Assembly (NCBI RefSeq): GCF_002105155.1
Contig: NW_019028979.1
Span: forward strand, 806,001 to 870,000
Origin: Lobosporangium transversale
Lineage: Eukaryota
Length of the DNA stretch: 64,000 nucleotides
Direction: 5' to 3'
Positions within the stretch are counted from its first letter, which is position 1, and each line of letters begins with the position of its first letter. The notes under the pieces were generated by a model. The model saw nothing but the letters and a program-made list of their open reading frames with translations, searched no databases and was not told the origin of the DNA. This document shows, piece by piece, positions 1-13,373 of this stretch. A program made the translations under genes and the position numbers.

Positions 1-144
1 GTTGCTTTTTGAATCATTGGTAAATATACATAGTAGTGCTTTCATATTGTGTATAAAAGAAGAGATTTGTTGTATAGAATAGTTAATTTGATGGTCATCG
101 TTGTATTGTCTCTGTAACAAGTTGTTCCTTTCTTTCTTTCTTTT

Positions 145-178
<34 letters not shown>

Positions 179-547
179 TGATAATAAATGTCAAATAAAA
201 CATCAATCACTTCGATCGGTGGCAAGATCAGCGCTTCGGGTGGGATGTCGATATTATGTGCTTCATGTACATCAAATGAAATCTCTTCATCCCAGAATTG
301 ATTCTGATCTGTTGAAGTAAATAGCATAGATCCTTTTCCGAAATAGACGGATGCATCAAATACTCTCAATTTGTCCATCGTCGCTGCAAGCTCACTCATC
401 TCCTCTCCATCATCTCCATCGCTCTCTCCTTGCGTCTGATCTAAAGTGGATGAATGTGATGGTGTAATCGACGATGTTGGCGACTTTATGGACTGGGACG
501 ACTTGACACATATAGACACAAATCAGGAAATAGAAGAGTAAAATAAA

Positions 548-583
<36 letters not shown>

Positions 584-2589
584 TTCTAGAATAGGTTGGA
601 TTAACTTTGCTTACTTGATGATCTGGTGTGAAGAGTGGAAGGGGATCAGGCTCTTCCTTCAAAAATGGCAGTAATGGTGTTTCTATTCCTGTTGCTCCTG
701 CTTTGCGTAATGATAACGTCGGCGTTGAGGCCGGATCAACGTTCTATAAAAAAAATAAAAAAAAAAAAATCCGAAGCATAGGATAAAGAGGATAACGAGA
801 AAAAGGAAAAGGAAAGGAAAGGAAAGTGGAAAAGAGTAACAAGTCTTTAGTAACCATCAACAGTAGTTGACTGAAGAATACAAGAATCTATAATCCATGC
901 ACCTGTATTGTATTACCATAGCTGGGGTGCCGAAATTACGATCCCATTGAGCATCGAAAAGAGACACTTTATCCAAGGGGGAGTTGACATCCATCCAACC
1001 ATCATCGCTTGCTGGAGGTATATCTATGGGTACGTTGGTGTTAATTCCTGCTCCTTTCATAACACGATTTGATTGCTTTCGCTTATTAGTAGTGGTAGTA
1101 GCTGTAGTTGGAGTAGTTGGAGTAGTAGTTGGAGTCGTAGTAGTAGCGGTGGTAGTAGTAGTGGTATCATGAGTGGTATTAGCAGCAGCAGCATCAGAGG
1201 TGGGTGATGATGATCCTTCTTCATTCTCCTGACCCGTGGGTATGACTTTACTCAATATCGATTCCATATGACTGATTCGTTCAGAATAAGTAGACTCAAT
1301 ATTTTCCAGGCGTGCTTCTAGAATTTCGACTCCAGGGTGCGGTTGCTTCTTACGTTTGGAAGCAGGGGTCTTTCCGAGTAAGAATGTGCATTCCATCAAT
1401 CCTGCATACAGACAAGGTCCACATGTTGGTCGTCCTTGATCACATTTTGTCTATTTGAAAGAGGTATTATATAACAATGTTAATGTTAATGTTAATGTTA
1501 ATGTTTTTTTTTTTTTTTTTTCTAAAAACTAAGCTCTCAAGTTACAGATTCATAATTGACCAAGTCCGCAGCTACAGCCTTCAGTTATATTTTCTCTTTT
1601 CTTAAAAATGTATTTCAACTGCGGATATTGGCGTTGAGCATGAGCATAAATAAAATAAGGACACACAATACTTGTTACATGTACTACCAACACACGCCCC
1701 CCTCTCTCTCTCCTTCTTTCTCTCTCTCCATATACCGCGGGAGGATTTGCCGAAATGTGTAACGATGAAGAAACAAAATATCTCATCCATCCACACCTTT
1801 GGAGCAATTAGACAGAAAAATAAAAATCCATTTTTTCGCATCCTTTTCCGATTAGTCACAGCCTGATCGAAACTCAAAATTAACGGAATCAGTGCGATTT
1901 GTGGCTGTCCCTGTCTGTTTCTTTCGCCTGTTTATTCTTCCGCTCTGACAAGGAAGCATACAAACATGTAAACATGAATGCTTAAACATGATTAAGCCTT
2001 TTTATGAATATGAACAAAAAAAAAAAAAAACTCCCAAGGATCAATTGACCCTTAACTTTTTTCTCTTTTCATTTCGTCAAGTCTATGACATGACATGACA
2101 AAAAAGGTTTACAATGCAAGGCGTAGCTGCGGAGGGATCATCGCCCAACCATCTAAAATGCACAATTTCCCATCCCCTTTCCCACTCTTTCACTTTTTCG
2201 CAGCGCTCTCACTTTTTTAGACTATCAACCACTTTTTGTTGTTGTAAACTGCATGGCATGGCAGCTTTGTTGTTGTTAGCTATCGACTGCATGTAGACCA
2301 AAGTCTAAGCAGGAGGACAGATTGACTGTAATGAATGGACCTGCTTGACCATTAAATATGATATTATATTTTTTTACCCAATGGTTAATTCTTTTGTATC
2401 CCATTATTGTTTTGCACTCTTTTACATAGCCTCCATTGAGGATACTTGAAAGTACCACTGGACATTTCAGAGTTCTTGATTCTCCCTCTTTGTATTTACA
2501 GCAGCGTGTTAGTCTTGACTACTGCAATCCTTTTTGAAAAGAGGGATCATTGCCTTTTTAAATATCATTAACCGCTAGTCTCACACTGG

Positions 2590-2638
<49 letters not shown>

Positions 2639-2952
2639 TTTTCACATCTCTTTGTTTAGGTAGACCCTCCCATCAGCATAGACAGGGCTCTCTTCTCTAT
2701 CATTTATCCATTGTGAACCCAAACACGTAATAAACAAGTGCACACGCGTGCACACACACAATGCTGAAGTGAGTGCGTGTGCCTGTGTGCGTTTTTTTTT
2801 TCTTTGTTCCCTTCATATCTATTGCTCTTCAAATCGATTTTTTTTTTTTTTTTTTTTTTTTTTTGCACGGTTACCTTTCTTCTACGACATTGATCACAAC
2901 CTTGAACAACAGAAGTTCTTTTCTTTTTGGGTTTTATGGTTGCTGTCGACAT
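1..2952 (-). CDS. Zn(II)2Cys6 fungal transcription factor with Fungal_trans-type middle region; 3' part runs off the window
   Basis: Exon 1 (2875-2952) reads MSTATIKPKKKRTSVVQGCDQCRRRK. A GT-AG intron (1451-2874) joins it to TKCDQGRPTCGPCLYAGLMECTF, giving the six-Cys binuclear cluster. Later exons (~613-743, ~178-501, <40) give YFGKGS...LPPIEVIDVLFDIYYQ|HYYVYLPMIQK, typical of the fungal TF middle domain. Confidence 0.9.
2592..2637. repeat. (TTA)n microsatellite inside intron 1 of the TF gene
   Basis: About 15 consecutive TTA units are visible. Confidence 0.95.
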
Positions 2953-3234
2953 GTTAGTATGTGATTTTTTTTTTGTGTAGAGTAAAGGGAGGAGAAGAAG
3001 CAGGAAGAGCTGTTTGTCTCTTTTGAGTTGCTATCTAAGATGCTGGTTATTGATTGACTGACTAGGTTAATTATTACTTTGTTGTGTTCAAATGAAAGTG
3101 TGTCAAATGAAAGTGTGAAGAAAAAAAAAGATGAAAGAAGGGGTTTCTTTTGAGAAGAGTGAAGTTCTATTCTGTTTTTCCTTTGACTGTGTATATGCTG
3201 TTTTCTATAATCTTTTTTCTTTTAACATAATTAA

Positions 3235-3266
<32 letters not shown>

Positions 3267-5045
3267 GAAAGGGCGAAGCGTTGTTTGTGTGTTTTTTATT
3301 GTACAGGTGTTAAACTGATGTGATATTGTGGGGTGAATGATATTTTGTGTTTAATATTATGATGAATATTGAAGATTGTATCAAACGAATAGGTTGTTTA
3401 ATGAAAAAATAAAAAGAGGGGGCGGGCGAAAGGGTTTTGTTCAAACCGGGGTAGAGTGCAAATGAATAGTTCAAAAAAAAAAGTGCCGGGATAAAAGAGG
3501 AGAAATGAGAATTGAGGAATGAGTGAATGATACAATCTGATGAAGGAAAAGGTTGAAATGAATGAGAGAATAGATGAAAGAGATGCGCAGCTTATTATTA
3601 TTATTATTTTTTCTTTTTTTCTTTGAAATAAAGTATGCATGGGCAATTAAAACGAGAGAGAGAAAAGGGGATGAACTGTTGTGTAGACAGAGAAGGGGAA
3701 AGAGTCGTTCACAACAAAGGTAAAAAGGAAAAAGGGAAGTGATGGGAAAGCCAAGCCATACACATGGATAAACATTGGATACAAATTGTATTCAGGTTAC
3801 ATGTTTACGACATTCTCGATCTCTCTCGCTCTCTCTTTCTTTCGTTCCTTCTTTTTCTCTTTTCATTTTGAATTTCTTGTCTTGGCAAAGACACTCGTAT
3901 TACCAAACATTATGTCGCATGGAATATGGTCGCCACAAATCAAACAAATCCAACAAGTTCTAACAATACCTTGACTTGTCGTCTTGTATATCAACCTCCA
4001 TTCCTTCACTTGTCTCAATCAATCAATTAATCCATCAATCAAAGATAAATAGAAAGATCTCTTCATTTTCCTCAAAGAGCTAGATCTATTACACCTCATG
4101 GCCAATAATCAACATGAATAAGAGTAAGTGCATTGTCCCTCCATCAAATTACCCCCCTTCCTCTCTCCTTCCACCCCTTTTCTCCTTTTTCTCGAAAGGA
4201 TCAAGAGGAGCGAGAAGGGTGAGAAAGACTGAGAAGAGTGAGAGAATGAGATTTGATAAAATTGAGATGAAACCAAGGATCGCTTTTGATTGGATGGTGC
4301 CTGGTATTTATCTTTGATGTGAGCCAATCACGCGGCTGTACCCGCTGCGCCACATCCTGACTCTTACATGTTCAAACCTTTGTCACTTACTTGCACACTG
4401 TTTTCCCTTTCATTTTTCTCCTTTCATCTCATATTTCTATATCGTAAAGAGAAGAGAAGAAAAACGAAAGAAGAGTAAATATGAGAAGCACGGAGGGAAA
4501 AGAGCGAACGAATGAAGAGAACGAAAGTGTTTTTTGTGGTTAACAATTGATTGTTGTTGTTGTCAAGATCCTTTGTCAACAAGATATAAACATTTACATT
4601 TCACATTTCTCCGAACAAGCTTGTGCGTGTCGTTGAACAAGTAACAACTGAAAATAAAATAAAAACCACAAAGCAGGAGGTTTGCTCGAAACTCTCAAGT
4701 ATTTGCGGACAATGATGAGCACACAGCATTTAAAAAAACAAGAGGTCTTTGAAGGGAGAGAATAGGCCTCTGCAGCATCTCGCATCATCCAACAACCATT
4801 TTTTTTTACATGTCTATTTTATCTGTCATCTTTTTGCCCATGAACAACCAACCAACATTGCAGAAATGCAAGAGCAAAACGATAGTCCGTGTGCTTTCAA
4901 AAAAATGTTTTTGCTCACAAAGTCTCGAAAAAGAAAAGTCATTCATTCCATGAATCCATCTCTCTTTGATCCGAGTGAAGGATGAATTCTTTTGAATTTC
5001 AACATCATCCCCACACTCGCCCATTCACTCTCCCCCACTCTTTCG

Positions 5046-5078
<33 letters not shown>

Positions 5079-5674
5079 ATCTTTTTTCTTTTACTGTCCA
5101 TGGTTTTTTCATTCTACAATCTCATTTGTATACATCGTTCATTTGTGTGTTGTGGTGTGCAACGGCCATTACTCTTCCTTGTTGACATTTAGACTCTCTC
5201 ACTCATTCTCGCTTGTTAAACCCCTTACTCATTCACAAAATATCCCTTTGTATATTGACACAGTTAGTTTCTCCTCCCCTCATCCTTCTATCGTTTCCTC
5301 ACATCCCTACTATAATCGAAAGTCTTCCACTTGCTCTTCTCGACTTTTTTTTTTTTTTTTTTTTTTTTTTAAGTCTCCGCTCCTGCAGTTCACACATTAA
5401 TCTTTATAATTTTTATTTTCCTATATTCCTATCTCCATCAGCATATTTACATATAACAAGTGTTGTAATGGTGGTTCTTTTTAATTATTAATTCTATTTT
5501 TTTCTATTTTCAACGGTCTATACTCTAATTGTAATTGCCTGTTTATCTTATCTTCCCACACTTTAAATCATTCTTTTCCTCCTTTTTTCATTTTTTTTTC
5601 TTTTCTTCTTTTTAACATCTCCAGCTCAACTTTTGCCCATCATTTCGAAACCACCGACCTTTGTGTTTGGAGCG

Positions 5675-5991
5675 ATGGACGATGATGAAGGCTATTACTA
5701 TACAGGCCAGACTCCGTTCAGAAAACCCAACGAGTCCAAATTACGATATCACGCTCGAAGGTTGGTCTCGATTCAAACTCTCGCCCGTCTTGAATACACA
5801 GTGGAGGAAGCAGAGACCAAATTCAATCGTTCACTCGGACCTGTGGAGTTGACCTTTGTAGGATTGGGTAAGCATAAAAATAAAATAAAACAACAACAGC
5901 ACAGCATTACATTACATTACACAGCGTTATAATCCAACATCCAATCCACAAACTAGCATGTTTGTTATCATCCATGGATACATCTGGCACC

Positions 5992-6025
<34 letters not shown>

Positions 6026-8381
6026 GGAAATAGGTCATGTGTAGTTTGACTGTAATGTGTTTTTATGATTGTAAAAAAAAAATAGGTGGAAGGTTTTTTT
6101 GCTCACACTTCTCACGAAAACAATTTCAAAAAGCCCCCAATTCGACGTTCAACTCTTTATTCGAACATGTGGGTAAAATGTTGCAGAATGAAATGCATTA
6201 GGAATGTATTCTGGCTGGTTTGCTGCAGGATTATTCTTACCGCATAGTCCATCATCTATCCTCATCCCCCATTCCTTCTTTCTTTTAAAATGACTCTTTT
6301 TTTTATATTTTTTATTGTGCTTCTTTTATACTTCCAAGACTGTTCAACCATCAGCCCCTTCCCTTGTCCCTTGTCCCTTGTCCCTTGTCCCTTGTCCTCA
6401 TTCCCTTTCCTTTACTTTCTTTTTTTTTATTTTTTTTTTTTTTTATTTTTTTTATTTTTTTTTATTTTTTTTTATTTTTTTTTATTTTTTTTTATTTTTT
6501 TTTATTTTTCTATTGGTATGCGAGGTTGTGTTTGTTCGCTCTGTGCTTTCTTGACTTTCCATGGGAGCAAAACTGCAATTGGATTTGGAGTAGAATGTAC
6601 TCAAATGTCCCAAAACCTGGGTTTTGTCACACCTTCAGGACACATTGACCATATTTTTTTTTTTGTGTTTGCTGCAGGAAAAAAAAAAAAAAAAAAAAAA
6701 AGATGGAGATGCACAAACGACGCCGATCCAAACAAACAAAAAAAGACAAAACCAAAATCTATAACTAATCACTTTTGGCTTTTTTTTTTCTCAATTGCTT
6801 CTAGGTGCTGTTGTTGGTACTGGCGTCTTTGTCATTCTTGGTAAGAATCTCTTTTTTTTTTCACCTTTGTCGGCTTACTCAAACTGGATTAGATTTTAAC
6901 AAACAAATAAACAAATCAATCATTTATATATGTATATTATAATATAATAACTGTGTACTTTTGTACGTTTGTTCTCAAATACAAAAAAACAAAAAAACAA
7001 AAAAATAGGTAATGCTGCCGCTACTCAGGCAGGCCCCTCAGTCACAATCTCATTTCTTCTCGGCGGTATCGTCTCTGGGATCGCAGCTCTATCCTATGCA
7101 GAGATGGCCTCCATGATCCCAATCGCTGGATCAGCTTACACATATGCCTATGCAACCGTCGGAGAATTACCCGCATGGATCATTGGATGGAATCTCATTC
7201 TGGAATACATGATTGGTGCTGCAACAGTCTCCATTGGCTTTTCATCTTACTTTGTAGCATTGGTCGAGGATGCCTTTCATGGAACACTCTCACCCAAATG
7301 GACAAAGGCTCCCATTGTTTGGGTCAATGATGATTTCGAAATGTCGGGTTCCTATTTTAATGTGCCTGCCTTTGTGATCTCAGCCCTGGTAACAGTGACG
7401 ATCTATTCAGGAATCCATTTGACAGCCAAGATCAACAATGTATTGGTGGCATTCAAGATCATAGTCTTGATCATCATGATCATTGCCATGATCCCCTCCA
7501 TCAAAAGAGAAAACTATCACCCATACATTCCACCCAACACGGGGACCTATGGGGAATTTGGTGTCTCTGGATTATTACAGGGTGCATCCTCAGTCTTCTT
7601 TGCTTACATTGGATTCGACAGTGTCTCCACCACAGCCCAGGAAGCAAAAGAGCCCCAGGTGAATTTACCAGTCGGAATTATGATGACCCTGGTGATCAGT
7701 GCGACGATTTATATTGCTCTCAGTGCTGTGACCGTGGGCGTGGTGAATTACGAGCAATTGACAGGCGGATCACCTCTAGTGTTCACGGTCCGGTCAACGA
7801 ATATGACCTGGCTTGTAGTCCTGACAGAATTAGGAGCTCTTGCTGCGACGACTTCGGTTATTTTGGTCTTATTGATTGCTCAACCACGTGTCTTTTACGC
7901 CATGGCTAATGATGGTTTGATCCCCCGTGCCTTTGCAAAAGTTCATCCAAAATATAAGGTAAAAAAAAAAAAAAAAAAAAAAGAATCGAATGAGCGTTAT
8001 TCAATATCTTACATATTCGTATATTGTAAAAAAGTTTATTTGATGGCGTTTTCTTAACTCTTTTTCTTTTTTTTTTTTTTTTTTTTTTTAGACTCCATAC
8101 GTTGCTACATTGGTCTCAGGAATCATTTGTGCAATTTGTGGTGCGTTACTTCCTATTGAGGTGATGAGCGACATGTCTTCTGTTGGCACCATCTTTGCAT
8201 TCTTTGTTGTCAACATTGGTGTCATCATCCTCCGCTATACTCGGAAAACTGTCCCTCGTCGATTTAAAGTACCAGGAGGTAAACGCTTTACAAAAAAAAG
8301 AAATGCATCGGCTTTTTTTTTTTTTTTTTTTTTTTTTTTATACGACCCATTCCCCTCTTCCTAATCTTTGTGCTACCCATC

Positions 8382-8420
<39 letters not shown>

Positions 8421-9094
8421 TAGGTCCATTTCTTTTACCTGGAATTGGTGCGATAAGTTCATTAGTATTGATTCAAGGTGCGAAACGGGAGGCGATTATC
8501 CGGTTATTGGTCTGGATGGCTGCTGGTGTCTTTGTCTATTTGATCTATGGTCGATCCCATTCGGAAGTCAACAACCCAAGGATCATTGCAGATGAACCCA
8601 TGCGAGTCTTGCATGAGAATTTCTCGGTCGATGCTGTGAACCCTTATGGACAATATGGAGAGGATTATCAAGGATATTCAGATGAACATTTACGGAGACA
8701 GTATGAACGTCAGTTGGCAAGGAGACGGATGAATGGGATGAATGGGATGATGGGTGATATAGCCGCTATAGGTGGTGTAGGCAATCACATAGAGATGGAT
8801 ACCTGTCCTGTCGCCGAGGCTGAAACTGCAGGTGAAGTTGAGAACGGTGTTTATGGAAATAATGGGATGAGAAGAAGACCACAACAGCAAGAATATGAAC
8901 CAGGGCGGTCACAAGAAGAAGAAGAGACAAGAGATAATTTTGATGGCTTTAGTGGCGTAGGAAACGATCTAGCGCAAGAAACAGGAGCAGGAGTAGCAGT
9001 AACCTCAGCATTATCAACAGCGCCTCCATCATCGACACCATCACCAGCCCCACCTGCGCCAACGATAAAAGAGGAAGATGGACGTGAATCATGA
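5675..9094 (+). CDS. APC-superfamily amino-acid permease, cationic amino acid transporter (CAT)-like; 5 exons
   Basis: Exons 5675-5867, 6805-6840, 7009-7958, 8092-8278 and 8424-9094, all GT-AG. Motifs GLGAVVGTGVF, SYAEMASMIPIAGSAYTY, FFAYIGFDSVSTTAQE, QPRVFYAMANDGL and RRFKVP; multiple hydrophobic helices. Confidence 0.93.
6362..6510. repeat. Intronic simple repeats: (CCTTGTC)n followed by a (T9A)-like tract
   Basis: Directly visible tandem units within permease intron 1. Confidence 0.85.
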
Positions 9095-9519
9095 TATTTA
9101 AAGCAGCTACACATGAGATAATACCCAACGATGACTGTTCATCGTCAATCATAACCCTCTCCCATGTTCCTCCTTTTCCTTATTACTTTATACATAATCT
9201 TAATAATAATTAACATAATGAGAAAAAGAAAAAGAAAAAGAAAAAGCCTTTTTTAATTTCGTCTATACTATTTGTCATTTTTTTATTTATTTATAAATGG
9301 AATTGTGCCAAAGATCTGGTAATATAGGAAAGGGATGAAGAGAGGATGGAGAGAGGATGGAGAGAAGAAGTGTTGAAGAGAGAGAGAAAGCAAAATAGAA
9401 AATAACGGGTAGTAGCAGCAATGATAATAGCAATGAAAATAATAATAATAAAAAATAAAAAATAAAAAATAAAAAATAAAAAAAAAAAGATAAAGTAAAG
9501 AAAAAACAATTTTTTGAAA

Positions 9520-9856
9520 TTAAATGCGCTTTTGAGCACGAACACCAAGGATAGTCAACAACTTGGCCACATATTCGACCAAACTAGCCTGAGCCATGAA
9601 CAAGAACGAGGCTGTCAAGATGGATTGAACAATCTTGCTAGAAATTCCCTTGTAAAGGCCAGCAATGCCCTCGTATTTGACGATCTTGCGGAAACCATCC
9701 AAGATGGAGGTATAGCGCTCGTTCACATTGTCCGACTGCTTCAATTGCATACGAGACTTGACCACACTATTATTGACCATAGCAATATGAAAATAAGAGC
9801 CAAAATGTTGAGCGGATCAAAATGTAATTCTTTTTTGTGGAAGTAAAAAGTTTTTG

Positions 9857-9904
<48 letters not shown>

Positions 9905-11389
9905 CTTACATGTATGGATAGGTAATGCTGGTGGCGGCCAATTTGCTGACGGCGCCGAGAAGAAAGAAATCAAAGCTGGTGAGAGCCCGAGTCTTTGCAA
10001 TCTTGGCCTTGATCTTTTCAAAAACAGTGTACTGAATGATGGGGTTGGCCACCAAGACCAATGCTGGCATGACGCCTTGCCAGAATGACTTGAAGCCGTT
10101 TTCCTTGATCATCTCAGCTGCAGTCTCAAAGGTGCTCAAAGGACGACTATTAGGTGAACTGGTGTTTCGAGTATTAATGCGGGTCTAAAAAAAAAAAAAA
10201 AAAAAGAAAAAAAAACTGTTATTAAAAAAATAAAAGAATTAAAAGAGAAGTAAAAACACGAGTCTATGATAGAAGTAGTTCTTACATTGATAACCCAAAT
10301 AGGATTGGTGATCAAGACAGTGGCAGCACCTATTCAAAGACCATAAAAACAAGAAAATAAGCCCATTACTCTTTGATTCCATAATGCCCTCATCAACTAT
10401 TTTAAAAATAAAAGATATGAAAACATTATCTTATCGTCCTTCTTACCTGCAACAGCACCAGCAGACATAGATTCGATGGTGCTCATCTGAGCTTTGTTGA
10501 TCACACTCTTGGTGAACTCATAAAAATAGTAATAGCAGTAGTTGGTAAGCGAGATACCGAACAAGGCACTATCCAGGCCACTAGTTTAGGTTTTTTATTT
10601 TTATTTTTTTATAAAGGACGTCATCAGTTTTATCCCGCATTTCCCATGTCATACAAAATGAACAAGATCAATTCTTTCTTGGCGAAAACGTTTCTGATTC
10701 GTGTATATTCCAATTAGGTTGAATACGCCCAAGGGACTGTGGTGTACTTACGAGTAAAGACCGGCGATACCTTCCTTGGCAATAACCTTCCTGACAACAT
10801 CCAAACCGTTCTAAGAAAAAGAAAAAGAAGAAAAAAAAAATCCAAACACCCTGGTCAGAAAATACTCCAAATTCTCAGTTTTCTTGTTTTTCTCCCTTTC
10901 TACATTTTTCCTGAATCCGATCCATGAACGGGAAATCCTTTTTTTTTTTTTATTTTTTTTTTTAGCCTTGCTGTCACTTTATGAGAACCGCCATGGTCCA
11001 TAAGGATTAGTTGATGTTTATGAGGTAAGGTGTTGAATTGATAAGATATTTACCTTGTAAGCCTCCTTGTTGGTCTTATCTTTCTGAACTTGAAGTCTAT
11101 TGCTGATGGTGACCAATGGATAGGTCAAAGTCATGGAGACGATTCCTCCTCCGGCACCTGCGATGTCAAGATTTTTTTGATCAGGTTAGTATTTCAAAGA
11201 TCATAGAGATCATATGCGGTAAAAAAAAAAAAAAGATCAATGACGTTGAATAGGATACGCGTTAGCCGATGTTTGTCATTCTGTATGCCAAGCTATTCAT
11301 AGTGGAGAAAAACTATTATCTTATCCCGAAAGAGAAAAAACAAAGAGAAAGACATTACCGGCAATAGCGTGAACTGTGCTGTCAGACAT
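9520..11389 (-). CDS. Mitochondrial-carrier-family protein, peroxisomal adenine nucleotide/CoA carrier type (PMP34/PMP47/ANT1-like); 7 exons
   Basis: Spliced product MSDSTVHAIAGAGGGIVSMTLTYPLVTISNRLQVQ...EGIAGLYSGLDSALFG...YYYFYE...TNPIWVINTR...LVANPIIQYTVFE...TYPYIVVKSRMQ. It has three carrier repeats and the TNPIWV/NPIIQY motifs of the peroxisomal subfamily. Confidence 0.9.
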
Positions 11390-12376
11390 GTTGAAATGTA
11401 GAAAAGTAAATGAGTTAAAATGAGAATGTTATTTCCTGAAAGATGAAGGGGGAGAAAGAAAGGGGTGTTAAGAGTATAGAGAAAATCCTGGAGTGGAGAG
11501 TGGGGAGAGAGAAGAGAAAGAAAAAGAGCTTCTTGAGTTTCAATAACAAAGCACTTTGATCAATCCTCCACAATTTTTTTGCCTGCCTCCGTGGGATTGT
11601 GGGATTGTCGTTGTGGGACTGTGAGACTGTCCTCTCTTCCCCTGTTCCCCTCGTATCACATGCAAATTATATTAAGCTGTGGCTCCCAAACTTCCCTCCA
11701 TTGCAGTAGCTTGATGGCCTCGGTGACACACCGCACTGGACAACTATGATTCATCCACCCGGTTTGTTTACTTTATGTATTTATCCTTTGTCTTTATTTG
11801 GAAGCAATCTCTTTTCCGAGGTACTTGGGATCTTTTTTTCCTAGGACCCTGCTATCGTCATTTTTTTTTTTTTTTTTTTTTTTTTTAACTGAAGATCACA
11901 CACGTGGATTTTGAGGAACAGGGAAATACCACCTTTGGACATTAAAAGAGCTGTTGTCTGTGCTTCTGGTCAAAAAACATTCCTCAGGAATTTAAATTGC
12001 ATTGTAATTGTCATCTGTGAGAAAATTGACGCAGATAATGTCAATTGATCAACCTTCTGTTGTTCATTATTGTATCGACCATGTCCAAACACATGCAAAT
12101 AGATGGTGGAGCAACCAATATGGGGTGCTTTGTGGAGGAGACTTCACTCTATTATTACAAGGGTCGCTTTTACCTTTTGTCTTGGTTCTTTCCCTGTCTC
12201 TGTCGCCAGTTGATATTAACAAGCAGGAACGAAAATGAATGACTATCTTTGTTGTGGCTTCGTCCGAATCGCGCTAGAGAATCGCGTAAATATGGTAATC
12301 ACAAAACTGCTCATAGTTACTTTTTTTTATTCAGTCATTCATTCACATTCATTTCCTCTTGAAACGAAAAATTACC

Positions 12377-12839
12377 ATGTCATTAATGAATCGTTACATT
12401 CCACTGGCAATTGCTGTTGGTGTCGGTGTCTTTTCTGGCTACTATATCTGGGAGCCCTCGCTGAAGAAGTATCAGAAGTAAGGTTTATTGCGAACAACTC
12501 CTTTCTTTTTCTCCTCTTGTATAATGTTTCTGTCTTACCAACCAACCATGCCTTCTTTCTTTTCCCCCCTCTTTCCTCTCTTTGGCCTTCGCCAGAGAAA
12601 GCAAAGGCACTTGGAACTATGATGTTGTAAAGCAGACGAGAGCGGAGGAAATGAATCAGCATGCAGATCAGCTTGCCGGGACTTCAGGAGCGTCAAAACC
12701 TGCAGATGCACCATCATCATCATCTTCATCATCGTCGCCGGAGAGTCCTATCGTTGCTGCCACCGCTGCTGCTGCCGCGCCTGCAACAGGACCCACTGTG
12801 TCAGTCAAGGAGATCAAAGACGCTGTTTCTTCCAAATAA
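12377..12839 (+). CDS. Small single-pass membrane protein, PIGBOS1-like; 2 exons
   Basis: Exon 1 reads MSLMNRYIPLAIAVGVGVFSGYYIWEPSLKKYQK, then GTAAGG...CCAG intron (~12478-12595), then ESKGTWNYDVVKQ... to the stop at 12839. The 'GVxSGxYIxxP' helix end resembles the PIGBOS1 family (recalled). Confidence 0.65.
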
Positions 12840-13373
12840 GCAAAAAAAAAAAATGTCGAGCTTGATCTCACTTATTCAGCTTTCTTTTTTTTTTATAAAA
12901 CAAAAAGTTACTCGATAGAAGAGAATCAAGAAAGCGAATGGAAAAATGTAAATATGAAAAGGACGAATAATAAAATAAGGAGCAGCGACCGTAAAAGATT
13001 TTATGAACAACACTCCATGACAAAGTTGTTAAAAAATTTTGGGCCTCTTTTCTAACTAACGGTTCTGGTTAAGGGGATTTGCATCCAGCAATTTTCTAAA
13101 ATGAATGTGCCTTTCATCAACTGACTCTCCTTTGTCATTTACCTCATCAAATCTCCTCTTGAACAAACTACATTTCTCACGCGAATAGCTTCCTATTTTT
13201 CACTTTGCTGCTTCATTCATTTAAGCACAAATACAATACTCAAACACATCCCACACACTGTTCGATAATCTATATCAACGCAACGCATCCTCACAAGCTC
13301 ATTTCGTTATCATTTTAAAAAAGCAAATCCTCCGACCGCATTTCACGCATTTCTTCCTCCTCACGAACACGAC

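Noticed and set aside
3000..5600. Many short ORFs rich in F, K and L, here and throughout the introns
   Set aside because: They are translations of poly-A/T tracts and low-complexity non-coding DNA, with no motifs.
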